Shown piece by piece: positions 50,702 to 62,700 of a stretch of DNA of 64,000 nt. The position numbers and the translations under genes are program-made. The stretch comes from Tubiluchus corallicola (Eukaryota > Animalia > Priapulida): the NCBI GenBank assembly GCA_030141605.1, contig JAQGDQ010000318.1, positions 186,001 to 250,000 on the forward strand, in the 5' to 3' direction. Within the stretch, counting starts at the first letter, position 1. Each line of letters opens with the position of its first letter. The notes under the pieces were generated by a model, which had not been told where the DNA came from, did not search any database, and worked only from the letters and a program-made list of their open reading frames with translations.

Positions 50702-51235
50702 TTGAAATGCAATCATGATTAATGCAATGTTGAATTGAAATGCAATCATGAATAAATGTAATCTTGAATTGAAATGCAATAATAATCATGAATAAATGCA
50801 ATCTTGAATTCAAATGCAATCATGAATAAATGTAATCTTGAATTGAAATGCAATCGTGATTAAATGCAATCTTTAATTGAAATGCAATCATGAATAAATG
50901 CAATCATGAATTGAAATGCAATCATGAATAAACGCAATCTTTAATTTAAATGCAGTCATGAATAAATGCAATCTTGAATTGAAATGCAATCACGAATAAA
51001 CGCAATCTTTAATTTAAATGCAGTCATGAATAAATGCAATCTTGAATTGAAATGCAATCACGAATAAATGAAATCTTGAATTGAAATGCAATCGTGATTA
51101 AATGCAATCTTGAAGTGAAATGCAATCATGAATAAATGCAATCTTGAATTGAAATGCAACTGTGAATAAATGCAATCTTGAATTGAAATGCAATCATGAA
51201 ATAAATGCTATCTTGAGTTGAAATGCAATCGTGCG
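50702..51235. repeat. 34-bp (16+18) minisatellite
   Basis: aatgcaatcatgaata + aatgcaatcttgaattga. Confidence 0.92.
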
Positions 51236-51844
51236 TAAATCTTAATTTAAAAAAAATACTGCAGGTAAATCTCATTGGTAAGTAACAGCCAGAGTCCAGT
51301 TGGTCAATATTCTCGTCCAGTGTCCAGGTGGTCAAATGTTTCAGCAGTAAACTGTTCTACTTTCAAAGAAAACCGAGTTTTACCAGCAAAAAGCAGGAAA
51401 TTGTTTAATAGCTGTGCAAATTGGTTGTAAAATTACTTTAACTAGTTGTTAACGGAAACAGGAAAAGTTGGAAATCCAACAGGTGGGTTTTTTATCAATT
51501 TTGTGGTTTAAAGTTTTGGAGCTTCCATAAATGGTAGAAGAACAGATAGACTGACAAATTGATAGAGAGATAGGAAAACTGACCCATGAAAGAATAAAAG
51601 TAGAGACAGTTAGAAAAATGAATAAATGTGAATTAAACATGACTACATCAGAAAACAAATAATAATGTGAATGAATTTTAATACATGAATAGATAAACAA
51701 AAGTGTTTATAAACAAATAAATAAATAAATGAATACATGGATAAGTGAATGATAGCTAGCTAGCTAGCTAGATAGATGGATGGATGGATGGATGGATGGA
51801 TGGACGGACGGACGGACGGACGGACGGACGGACGGACAGACAGA

Positions 51845-53287
51845 TTTTTTTTATAATAATAATAATAATAAAAAATCTTTATTAAAGAAATGAATATATA
51901 TACACAAAGGTGCCTCTTTTTGCAGGCTCAGATCAACAAATTACATTTTCACATAACAAATCTTTTAAATCCAGTTTCACACTATGTACAACGAATAACA
52001 TTTTATACTTAAATTAGATATAATTCCAACGAATCACAAGTATTATACAAACAAATTAACTTTACACAACTACATAATTTATTTTTGTATACTGGAGCGG
52101 GCCTAAATTAACAATTACTTAGTATAAAATTGTCCCTGATCAGGTTAGTGAAAGCCATTATTAAATTTTTATCAGATTGAGTCATAATATTACGTGTATA
52201 ATTGGCATCAGCTATTTCCATGAACGGCATTCGTTTCGCATTATCTGCTTTATTACACCTGAATAAAATGTGCTGAGGAGTTTGCTCTTCTTCTCCACAT
52301 GGACATAAACTAGTATCACTCATATTAAGTCTATACAAAAAGCTGTTAAAATTCCCCTGACCAGTTAAAAAGGACATGGCAATGAATTCTATTTTCCTTT
52401 CATTATTTCCAAGCGGCAAATTTAAGGGTGTACATTTTATATTCTGTATTTCAACATTATCTCCTCGAAATTGCATAACATGCCTATATTTAGTTGACCA
52501 GGTACAAGAAATATAATCTATAATTTGACGTTTGGTATACTTTAACATATTTTCAGGAATTTGTTCAAGATCTGTAGTACGAAAGTTTTCATTCCAGACA
52601 AATTTTAAAAAGTTTCTCACAGTCTGCGCATGTGTATACATAATATTTTTATAAATATGTCTTCCTGTCAGACGTGCACTACCATACCGAAGAATCTGTT
52701 GTTTTACTAAATCATCAGCGCTCTGACATAACGTCTTAAGACAAGATTTAACCACAATTACATTTAGTTCAATGTCGAACGGTGGAAGACCTCAAAGTAA
52801 TTCCAATTTAGTACGATCTGGTTTAAAAGCCAACCCCGCAGAATTATACTTTCATTATATCATAGGTTATATCTTCAAATACAGTAAGTTTTTTACCTAA
52901 CCATACAATAGCAACATACAGTATAATCGGCAAAATAGTAGTTTTATAAACATTTACAATGGTAGCAAGTCGCAAACCTGCATATTTACTGCAATTGTTT
53001 TTTACTTTCAACCATCTATACCACACCTTTTTATGAACATTACCCGCGTGTTTAACAAATGTTAATTTCCGATCAACAGTTAGGCCTAATATTTTGCTGT
53101 CTTCAACAAACAATATTTCATTGTTACTAATTTTTAAATTGTCTGGCTTGTTATTTTCATCCCATGCCCCTACTAGCAATGCTTCTGTCTTACCAGGTAA
53201 CGTATATATCTTTAAACGCCATTTCTGGCACCATTTGTGAAGCACATCACAACAGCTTTGTGCAATTGTAACACAGCTGCACTGTAA
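51845..53287 (-). mobile_element. 5'-truncated LINE (I/R1-like group) with RT C-terminus and CCHC finger
   Basis: KWCQKWRLK..KTE..KILGLTVDRKLTF..VYKTTILPIILY and LTGQGNFNSFLYRL..CPCGEEEQTPQHILFRC; AATAAA + (ATT)n + A tail at 51845-51885. Confidence 0.88.
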
Positions 53288-53335
53288 GACAGACAGACAG
53301 ACGGACGGACGGACGGACGGACGGACGGACGGACG

Positions 53336-53405
<70 letters not shown>

Positions 53406-53630
53406 TAGATAGATAGATAGATAGATAGATAAATGGATAGATAGATAGGTTGATAGGTAGGTAAGTAGGTAGGTAGGTAGGTATGGAGGTAGAGAGCCAT
53501 TAGATATGTAATAGATAAGTAGGTAGGTAGGTAGGTAGGCACGCAGGTAGGCAAGCGGTAGACAGACAGATAGACAGATTGACAAACAGACAGACAGACA
53601 GACAGACAAATACACAAACAAACTGACAGA
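53288..53630. repeat. compound tetranucleotide array GACA/GACG/GATA/GGTA, continuing 51770-51844
   Basis: Direct reading. Confidence 0.95.
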
Positions 53631-54079
53631 TATATATGAATAAATAACTAAATAAATAAAAATAAATTAATAAATATTAGAACTCATTACTAACCTGTTC
53701 ATTTATTTACACTAACCTGCACTTCTTGTGTTTCTTATTTTTTGTATATAGTTTTATAATCTGCATCACGTATTTGCTTTTTTATAGTACTTTATGTATT
53801 GAATTAAATCTAAAACAAAAGTAAAATTAATAAAACAAAATAAACAAATAAATAAATAACATTTTGTACATGAATGTATTGAACGTTTAGATCTGTGAAC
53901 GGCTTGTTAAATTTCTTACCAGTAAAAATGGAGCGAGTTCATATCCGAAAACAATTATAATTTCGTGCTTTGGGCAATAGTAACAACCCGAACAATTTGT
54001 GGTTGTTATAGAGAAAGCTATTTAAATATACGTGCTGGAAATGTTTTAACTTGGGGAGTTGGGGAGAGACAGAAGTGAG

Positions 54080-54091
54080 GGAGCGAGAAAG

Positions 54092-54181
<90 letters not shown>

Positions 54182-54340
54182 GAGGAGAGAGAGAGAGAGA
54201 GAGGGAGAGAAAGAGAATGAGAGAGAGAAAGAGAAAGACAGGGAGAGAAAGGATAGAAAGAGACAAAGACAGAGAGAGAGAAAGTGTGTGTGTGTGTGTG
54301 TGTGTGTGCGTGCGTGCGTGTGTGTGTGTGTAGTGTGTGA
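54080..54340. repeat. (GA)n + (GT)n microsatellites
   Basis: Direct reading. Confidence 0.95.
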
Positions 54341-54799
54341 AAAAATCTTAATAAATTTTACAAATTACTAAAAATATTTCGTCAAAACAGATTCTTTGAA
54401 ACTTTTAAACGTTATTTACTGGTCAATCAGTTACACGTACCTTTAACACATGGTGTAAACAACTTTACAGGTAAACAATGAACATTCCACGCTTAATTAC
54501 TCTGACCCACTCCAGCAGCAAATTAATTCTCTTGTTCGTAGATAGTCACAAGTCACAGTTGTAAGGCTAACGTGATTAAATATTTGCTAATGTTACTTGA
54601 CCTATTCATGCTGAGGTTACTTGAAAAACAACGTACTATGTCTAATGCTAGTGACCTGGAGTGTTGTCACACTTCATGGGTTATTTGCAGGGTGATCAAA
54701 CAGAATAATAGCTTGAGTTGTTTCACACTATCACAGGTGCAAGAAAAAACTGTGCAATTGTTCACATAGGTGTGGGGAAAAAATTTAGGAATATATTCT

Positions 54800-55340
54800 T
54801 AGTGAATGAACGATTGAGTAAGTGAGTAAACGAATGAATGAAGGAATGAGTGAACGAATAAATAAAGAAATGAGTGATTGATTGAATGTATAAAAGAATA
54901 AATGAATGGATTAATAATTGGATGTGTGAGTGAATAGGTGGATGTGTACGAATGACTGAATGAGTGAATGAATGAACGAACGAACGAACGAACAAGTGAA
55001 TGAATGAAAGAATGAATCAATAAATGAATGAATGAACGGATGAGTGAAGGAAAAAATGAATGAATGAGCGATTGGTTGAATGAATGAACTAATAAACGAA
55101 AGTGCGAATAAAGGGATGGACGAGTGAATAAGTGGATGGGTAGATGAATGAACGAATAGATGGATGAATAAATGGATAGACAAATGAATAAATGAATCAC
55201 CTGGTGAATGTATGAACAAATGAATGAATAACAAACGTTTTAATCAACGAACGAACAAACAAACAAACGAACTGACAAACGAGCGAAGAAAACAAGAATT
55301 TAATCAACAAACGAATGAACGAATGAACCGGCAAACGAAT
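54800..55340. repeat. degenerate (GAAT)n/(GAAC)n tract
   Basis: Direct reading. Confidence 0.85.
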
Positions 55341-56009
55341 AAATGAAGAAATAAATGTTTAAAAAGAAATAGAAAGAAAAGGAGAAAAAGATAAAGAAAA
55401 CAAAAGAAGAACAAACAGGTGAACAAAACACCAATCGTAAAATCGAATGAACGACAAAAATAGGTAAAAAATGAACAAAAACCAGCAAACAAATCATTAA
55501 ATAACTAAATAAACTAATTAGTACATTAACGAATTAACAAACTAACAAACTTAAAACATTTTCACCACTCGGAAAGTTCAGTTTTCAAAACATAAAATTT
55601 TCGAAAAATCCAAGATATCAAAATACCCGGATGTATCTTTCACTATCTATGACTCTAAAACATAAACAAATAACGCAAGCGTTTACTAAATGCCCAGCCC
55701 TATTATTAGGGCGATTTAGGAGTTTTAAACGGCCAAATAAACTTCACAAATCAACTTTAAACGGGGGATTACTCAAGCCAAGTAAAGGGTTAATATTGTT
55801 AACTTCCTGGTAATTTAGCTGCAATTTTACCTGAGATTTTACCTGTATAATTGAGCTGTAATACTGTATAATAGTTTGATGAATAGAGCAGGTATTCATG
55901 AGTTTGGGGAAGGAGAGGTTTTCTGAGTTTGTCGTTTTGGCAAAATTAGACAAAAGAGTTGAATTTATTTTGTTGTTTTAATTGTTTACTTCTACATTCA
56001 TTGTTTACT

Positions 56010-56630
56010 GATTCATTCATTCATTCATTCATTCATTCATTCATTCATTCATTCATTCATTCATTCATTCATTCATTCATTCATTCATTCATTCATTCAT
56101 TCATTCATTCATTTGTTCGATTGTTCGTTCGCTCGTTCTTTCGTTCGTTCGTTTATTCATTCATTCATTCTTTCTTTCATTTACTCATAAGTTAAATTAT
56201 TTATTCGTCTATTTGTTTTCCATTCATTTGCTAATTTACTCACTTACTGACTCGCTCACTTCCTCGCTCACTCACTCATTCACTCACTTACTCACTCACT
56301 CACTCACTCACTCACTCACTTCCGCACTCGATCGCTCACTCATTCACTCACTTTTTCAGTCAGTCACTCACTCACTCATTTACTTCCTCCCTCCCTCTCT
56401 TCCTCACTCACTTACTCACTCACTCACACCCATATTTGCACCTAAAACCAGCTCTATATTCCGTCCATCCATTCATTCATCCTTTCATTTATTCGTTCAT
56501 TTATTTAACCATTCGCTCATTCATTCATTTATTTCTTCTGTCATCCGTTCATTCATTGATTACTTCACTCATTCATTTATTCTTTTATTCTTTGTTCATT
56601 CATCTATTCTTGCTTTCATTCATTCTCCAA
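56010..56630. repeat. (ATTC)n/(ACTC)n tract
   Basis: Direct reading. Confidence 0.9.
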
Positions 56631-56704
56631 GCAATTCAATTACTCAATTCGTTTTCATTGTTACTGTTGATATTTACAGTTGCTAGGCAACCACCAATAT
56701 TTAC

Positions 56705-56823
56705 CTTGGACACACATCTAGCAAAAGTTGGATACACTCCACGTGACCTGCTGCAGCAGCGTGGTGGAGTGGCATGGCTCCAGTCAAAGTCTGAGACTCC
56801 ACAAATCCACTTCGAAACACGTC
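56705..56823 (-). CDS. espn: espin-like gene exon 2 (DVFRSGFVESQTLTGAMPLHHAAAAGHVECIQLLLDVCP/R)
   Basis: tatttccag acceptor and AG|gtaaat donor, phase 0->2; compare espin TDMGALPIHYAAAKGD..YP. Confidence 0.92.
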
Positions 56824-56909
56824 CTGGAAATAGTAAAAATAACCACTTTTTTGGAACTGACTAGAGATTTACAAATATAGGGCCTGCATCATAAAGATTT
56901 TCTTCATAA

Positions 56910-57360
56910 AGGTCATCATCCTCGTCGCTGCTGTCGCTGTCTTCATCATCAACGTCATCATCATCGTCGTCGTCGTCGTCGTCATCATCATCATAGTCAT
57001 CGTCACCGTCATTGTGGTAGGCAAACCAGTAGTAAACTGCCACTATTTCTACACCTGTTTGCTAAAATGCCAAATATAACATGATCAGTATTGACCGCAA
57101 TCGTCCAATGATGGCGACACAACAACAAGAACAACAACAATGACAACAGGTCTACTATCACGCCATGTTATCACCACCACAGGCAGTGTGATAATCATAA
57201 TAATCATCAACTCAACACAACCACGATTTCATCCACAGTGTCACAATCTCCATAGTCAACTACATAAGCATTTTCATAGTCATCACCGTCGTCATCATCA
57301 TCATCATCATCATAGTCACCGTCGTCGTCATCATCATCATAGTCACCGTCATCATTAGTA
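56910..57360. repeat. (CAT)/(CGT)/(AAC) trinucleotide tracts
   Basis: Direct reading. Confidence 0.85.
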
Positions 57361-57497
57361 GTCACCACTGTCGCAATATTTACTACCACCAATGTTGTCA
57401 ACACTGACACATCGCCATAGCCAACACAACCATCATCGCTATTACCGCTGCAACTTCCAAACCCTCATCATCGCAAATAAAGACAAAAATGATTAAC

Positions 57498-57890
57498 CTC
57501 AAAGAGGAGCCATTTCAGAACATGGAGCTGTCCACATCCAGCCGCAACGTGGAGAAGTGTTGCCCCGGCATTATCCCGTAAATATGGGGAACATCCACTG
57601 ACGCGGAGTAACCAATGTAACGTCGCGAGCACCCCCGCTGCCGCTCCGTCGTGCGCGGGCGTCGCTCCAATGTCGGAACGAACCTCACACGGTATGTTGC
57701 ATTCACATATCAAATATTCCAGAATGTGAACGTGCCCGTACCTCGCCGCATAGTGCACACACGTTGCCCCGTGTGGGTCGCGCACCAGAAGTAGGGCCTG
57801 CCCTCCAAACTGGTCCCTCAAACGCTTCAATGTTATCAAGTCACCCCGTTTTGATGCAATGAGTGCCCTACTGAAACAAGCTAATGTCAT
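57498..57890 (-). CDS. espn: espin/forked-like ankyrin-repeat gene, coding exon 1 (131 aa)
   Basis: aacATG start; RDPHGATCVHYAARYGH..GATPAHDGAAAG..RDNAGATLLHVAAGCGQLHVLKWLL is colinear with the espin N-terminus (GATPAHDA, DNSGATVLHLAA); donor GAG|gttaat, phase 0. Confidence 0.92.
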
Positions 57891-58315
57891 GTTCACACCA
57901 AAAACACTGCCTCAGACGATTGTTCACACGCACAGGTTCCATAATGAATAGATTGCTAACAGACGGATAAGCTAAAGCCATATTCACACTAAAACAAAGT
58001 TGTGAACACACGTTCAAAGTTAAAATAGCTATAACGAAGACAACTAATTGGTACAAATTAAAAACGTTTCACACCAAAAAAACATGTCGTGCTTTTAAAT
58101 TTTCACATGCACAACAGAACTGATAAATGTTAGCAATGGTAATTAGCAACAGTATATCAGATTTTCACGTCACATTTGGAAGGCACTCTTAAAAAACAGA
58201 CAAAATTTCAAAACTAATGTGCAACGTAGAAAAATAATGATTAGTCTTCACTCTAAATTGCGCATTTTCATAATATTACAGTAACAGAAACGTCACTGTA
58301 CCGCCGTTCACATAC

Positions 58316-58520
58316 ATAGCACCAGCAGTGAAGTTTAGCACGTTGAGCAATTAATACACGTAGTTTGTCTGCAATCAATGGCTCAACCAGGCGGCCCGTT
58401 GAATAAGTTATGGTGAAGCGGTCTAGCGTCCAGCTAGGGGTAGAGCAGGTAGATAGGTCAACTGTTAACGCGTGCGCGTAATTATAGGTTATTCATACAC
58501 AGAGAGGGAGGGAGAGAGAG
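58316..58520 (-). promoter_or_regulatory. candidate promoter and non-coding first exon of the espin-like gene
   Basis: GC-richer patch, TATA-like cctataat at about 58481-88 (minus), and donor gtatgt at 58310-15. Confidence 0.3.
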
Positions 58521-58670
58521 AGTAGACAAAGAAGTATTGAAGAAGTTCATTAAATTAAGGGCATCGAAAAGCGCAGACAATACGGGAAATCTTTGCATTT
58601 AGCAGTTACTACTGACACGTGTTATTTACAAAAATGTGTCAGTAAAGTTTCTGGAGAATAAACAGATTTG

Positions 58671-59078
58671 ACTAGAGTTGAATCGCTCAGAAAGAGAATA
58701 GATTCAAGCTTGACACACGTATGAAGTTAATTAGACAACTTCCATGTTTGACCTAGTGACCTTGACCTTGGCCATTTTCAATCCGGACTCAATTGGTTTC
58801 AAACTAACTGTATCCTAGACTGTTCCCTGCACCAGATTAGTTGATTATAGTTTTGTCAGTTTTGATTTTACAGATCATTTTTCCCTCAATGACCTTGATC
58901 TTTGACCTTCGAAGAAAAAATCTGTATGTTTCTAGCACAGAAGATCAAACTTGTGATTATAGCTTCATCACTTTTGTTTTCGTGTTCACAGACGGACAAA
59001 CAAAACACAGACAGACAGGCAGACAAACAGACAGATGCACATAATTGCGCTATATACACGCTGTTGGCGTAGTGATAA
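58671..59078 (+). mobile_element. Helentron/HINE-like non-autonomous element
   Basis: ACTAGAG start, gaccttgacc repeats, (GACA)n tract and 3' hairpin cacgc..gcgtagtg; related fragments near 9520-9570, 39940-39980 and 40860-40960. Confidence 0.5.
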
Positions 59079-59629
59079 ATGTAACTCACAAAAATATAGC
59101 TCATCTAATGTAAAAAATCACTGCTTCACTGTTACTTTGTGAGGAGATGGTTACTCACGTGCTTCACAATGGAAGTTAAGCACAAATGAAACTGGCCAGA
59201 CATAGGCTAGAGGACCAAATCATCAGTGTCAGTTTACAACGTTCAGACCTGTTCGAGATTAAAGCTCCACACTAATGAACAATTGTCGGTTCAGTAACTG
59301 ATTCCAAGGCCTGAGGTTTATAATCAGCTAGGTATTGGTCTTGCCACAAACATCCACAGGCCCTGCTGTTAAATGCTGGCTTCTTACTTGTAGCCTACGA
59401 ATTGTTGCAAAAAGGAATATTGCTGGCTTCGGATTTCCTCAAAGTGTAGTTCTTTTTTGTGATAACCAGTTAGTAATTGCAAAGATAAGAAACCCGTTGG
59501 AGTTCACATGCAGCTGTTCTGCTTCAAGGAATGTCCACCGAAAGCCAATGAGAAGCAGCAGAGAAGGTGATTATGGAAGATTTTCGGCATTTAAGAACTG
59601 TTGTTTTTGTTGTTATTAATATTAATTAA

Positions 59630-59880
59630 CTTGATGTTACTGTTATTGCTGTTGTTGCTGCTACAGTTGTTGTTGTTATTGTTGTCACTGCTGTTGTTAT
59701 TGTTGCTGCTGTTACCACTGTTGCTGTTTTAGTGATTGTTTTTGTTGCTGATGCTGTTGTAGTCGTTGTTAATGCTGCTGTTACTGTCGCAGTTGTTGTT
59801 GCTGTTGTCACTGCTGTTGTAGTCGTTGTTGTTTTGTCGTTAGATTTTCTGTTGTTGCCATTGTCACTTGTTGTCGCCAT
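59630..59880. repeat. (GTT)/(GCT) low-complexity tract
   Basis: Direct reading. Confidence 0.85.
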
Positions 59881-59917
59881 TGCAGTTGATGCAAATTGCT
59901 ACTTATAATAGTTGGCA

Positions 59918-60625
59918 GTGTTTTACTCCTGCCACTGTGGATGCTACATTGTTTTTACTCCTGCCACTGTGGATGCTGCATTGTTTTTACTCCTGCCACT
60001 TTGGATGTTACATTGTTTTTACTCCTGCCACTGTGGATGTTGCATTGTTTTTACTCCTGCCACTGTGGATGTTATATTGTTTTTACTCCTGCCACTGTGG
60101 ATGTTATATTGTTTTTACTCCTGCCACTGTGGATGTTACATTGTTTTTACTCCTGCCACTGTGGGTGTTACATTGTTTTTACTCCTGCCACTCTGGATGC
60201 TACATTGTTTTTACTCCTGCCACTCTGGATGCTACATTGTTTTTACTCCTGCCAGTGTGGATGCTACATTGTTTTTACTCCATACACTGTAGATGTTGCA
60301 TTGTTCTTATTATTGACACTGTAGATGTTGCATTGTTTTTACTCCTGCCACTGTAGATGTTGCATTGTTTTTACTCCTGCCACTGTGGATGTTACATTGT
60401 TTTTACTCCTGCCACTGTGGATGTTACATTGTTTTTACTCCTGCCATTGTGGATGTTGCATTGTTTTTACTCCTGCCACTGTGGATGTTGCATTGTTTTT
60501 ACTCCTGCCACTGTGGATGTTATATTGTTTTTACTCCTGCCACCGTGGATGCTACATTGTTTTTACTCCTGCCACATTGGATGTTACATTGTTTTTACTC
60601 CTGCCACTGCGGATGTTGCATTGTT
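59918..60625. repeat. 32-bp minisatellite, about 22 copies
   Basis: Unit ttgtttttactcctgccactgtggatgttaca. Confidence 0.95.
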
Positions 60626-61722
60626 CTTTTGTTCACATATTTTCTGTATTTTCTCTTGATTTAAAAACACAAGCAAAAACTTCCAACTTAAGTTTCATAA
60701 CTTCATCGTATTTTCTACGCTCAGCAATCGCACTGACAACTTCCTATTTTTCTTCAAAACATAAATACAAGGAAATGAGTCTTTTCAACAAAAACATTAA
60801 CAGTTTTAAATGTACAAATGCCTAGCTATTTACAAATACCTGAATACAATGAAAAGCCTGTATGCAAAGAGTAATTTACACTATTCGAATCATTGTAAAT
60901 AACACTAAGAGCTTAGGAAACCGCATGGGGCTGTCGGCGAAAATGCGGTTAGTGGTTATCCAAAGAAGGCACACAATAACAACAATATAAATATAAGATG
61001 GCGTCACGGCAGCTGTCGACATTTGATAAGGTACATAGTGCAAATGTGGCGCCATGATTGTGAAAAAAAAGAAAAAATTATAGTTCCTCTGAAAAAACAA
61101 AATGTATTAAAAAAAAAATCAAAATATTTTTTTTGCAGATAAATAAAATTGCAAAATTAAATTTTCTTTTAATTTAAAATTTGCATATATAAGATAGGTA
61201 AGCAAATCATGCATAATATCAACACTGAAAGAGTGTGTAAACCTGTTAACTTAGAAGGTCTGTTCACCTTTCTTTCACTCAAACAAATGTAGCACGTTTG
61301 TTCACCTTGCCATGTCTTTTTTTAAGAAAAAGTTTCTTTAGATAGATTAACTAAGACTGATTGCACAGTTAGTCTAATAAAATTATATTGGACTCGTGCC
61401 AAATAATGGTTTGGCTAAGAAACATTCAGTGAGAAGAGGATATTATCATAATATTATGGCGTACTAATTGTTACCAGCTCAAAGCAAATTTTGGCAGATA
61501 AGATAGCAGAATAGCATCAAAAACACTTCACAAGCTTGCACCACGCAAACATTTGGTGCCATCTGCTGACAAGAAATGTGGAAAGACAAAGGGTACTGAC
61601 CCTTTAACAATTTTGTCAACAAAAAAGAACAGTGTTAAATAATAATAAACATAATAAAATTTCTTTCTCGAAGCAATATATATATATATGCAGCAGAATG
61701 CATAATATGTAGGCACAGCATT

Positions 61723-62280
61723 AGTACAGACTGTCATTGCCGTTTATTGACTGTCATTCAAATTCAAGATATTTACTGCTTCCTTGCTGTACAGACTGTC
61801 ATTAACATTCATGACTTTCATTCAAATTCAAGATATTTACTGCTTTCTTGCTGTACAGACTGATATTACCATTCATGACTGTCATTCAAATTCAAGATAT
61901 TTACTGCTTTCTTGCTGTACAGACTGTCATTACCATTAATGACTGTCATTCAAATTCAAGATATTTACTACTTTCTTACTGTACAGACTGTCATTACCAT
62001 TCATGACTGTCATTCAAATTCAAGATATTTACTGCTTTCTTGCTGTACAGACTGATATTACCATTCATGACTGTCATTCAAATTCAATATATTTACTGCT
62101 TTCTTGCTGTACAGACTGTCATCACCATTCATGACTGTCATTCAAATTCAAGATATTTACTACTTTCTTACTGTACAGACTGTCATTACCATTCATGATT
62201 GTCATTCAAATTCAAGATATTTACTACTTTCTTACTGTACAGACTGTCATTACCATTCATGACTGTGTCGTTCAAATGCA
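61723..62280. repeat. 64-bp minisatellite, about 8.5 copies
   Basis: Period 61981->62045. Confidence 0.95.
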
Positions 62281-62459
62281 AGAAATTTGCAGTTTCTTTG
62301 CTGTAATAATAATTAAATCCATTCCTGACCTTCATTCAGATAAGTAATCTTTATTGTTAGGGAGAGTATAGACTGTTATTGTCGCTCATAACTGTCATTC
62401 AAACGAGAGATTAGATAGCGGAGATTTCACTGGTACATTTGAAAGTCACTGCCTTTTGA

Positions 62460-62700
62460 GACTGTCAATCCAACCTGTAATGTACTGTACAAACTGTCAA
62501 GTGTCCTGTGACTGTCAATCAGACTTGTAATGTACTATACAAACTGTCAATGTGTCCTGTGACTGTCAATCAGACTTGTAATGTACTATACAAACTGTCA
62601 ATGTGCCTTGTGACTGTCAATCAGACTTGTAATGTACTGTACAAACTGTCAATGTGTCTTGTGACTGTCAATTAGACATGTAATACGCTGTACAGACTGT
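62460..62700. repeat. 51-bp minisatellite, about 4.7 copies
   Basis: Period 62561->62612; shares the ACTGTCA core with the 64-mer. Confidence 0.92.

Noticed and set aside
56861-57410. Acidic poly-Asp ORFs as extra espin-like exons
   Set aside because: They are (GAT/GAC)n repeats, and exons 1 and 2 already join in frame with continuous ankyrin spacing.
59868-60825. Cys-rich, metallothionein-like repeat ORFs
   Set aside because: A 32-bp unit read through all three frames; not codon-periodic and no splice support.
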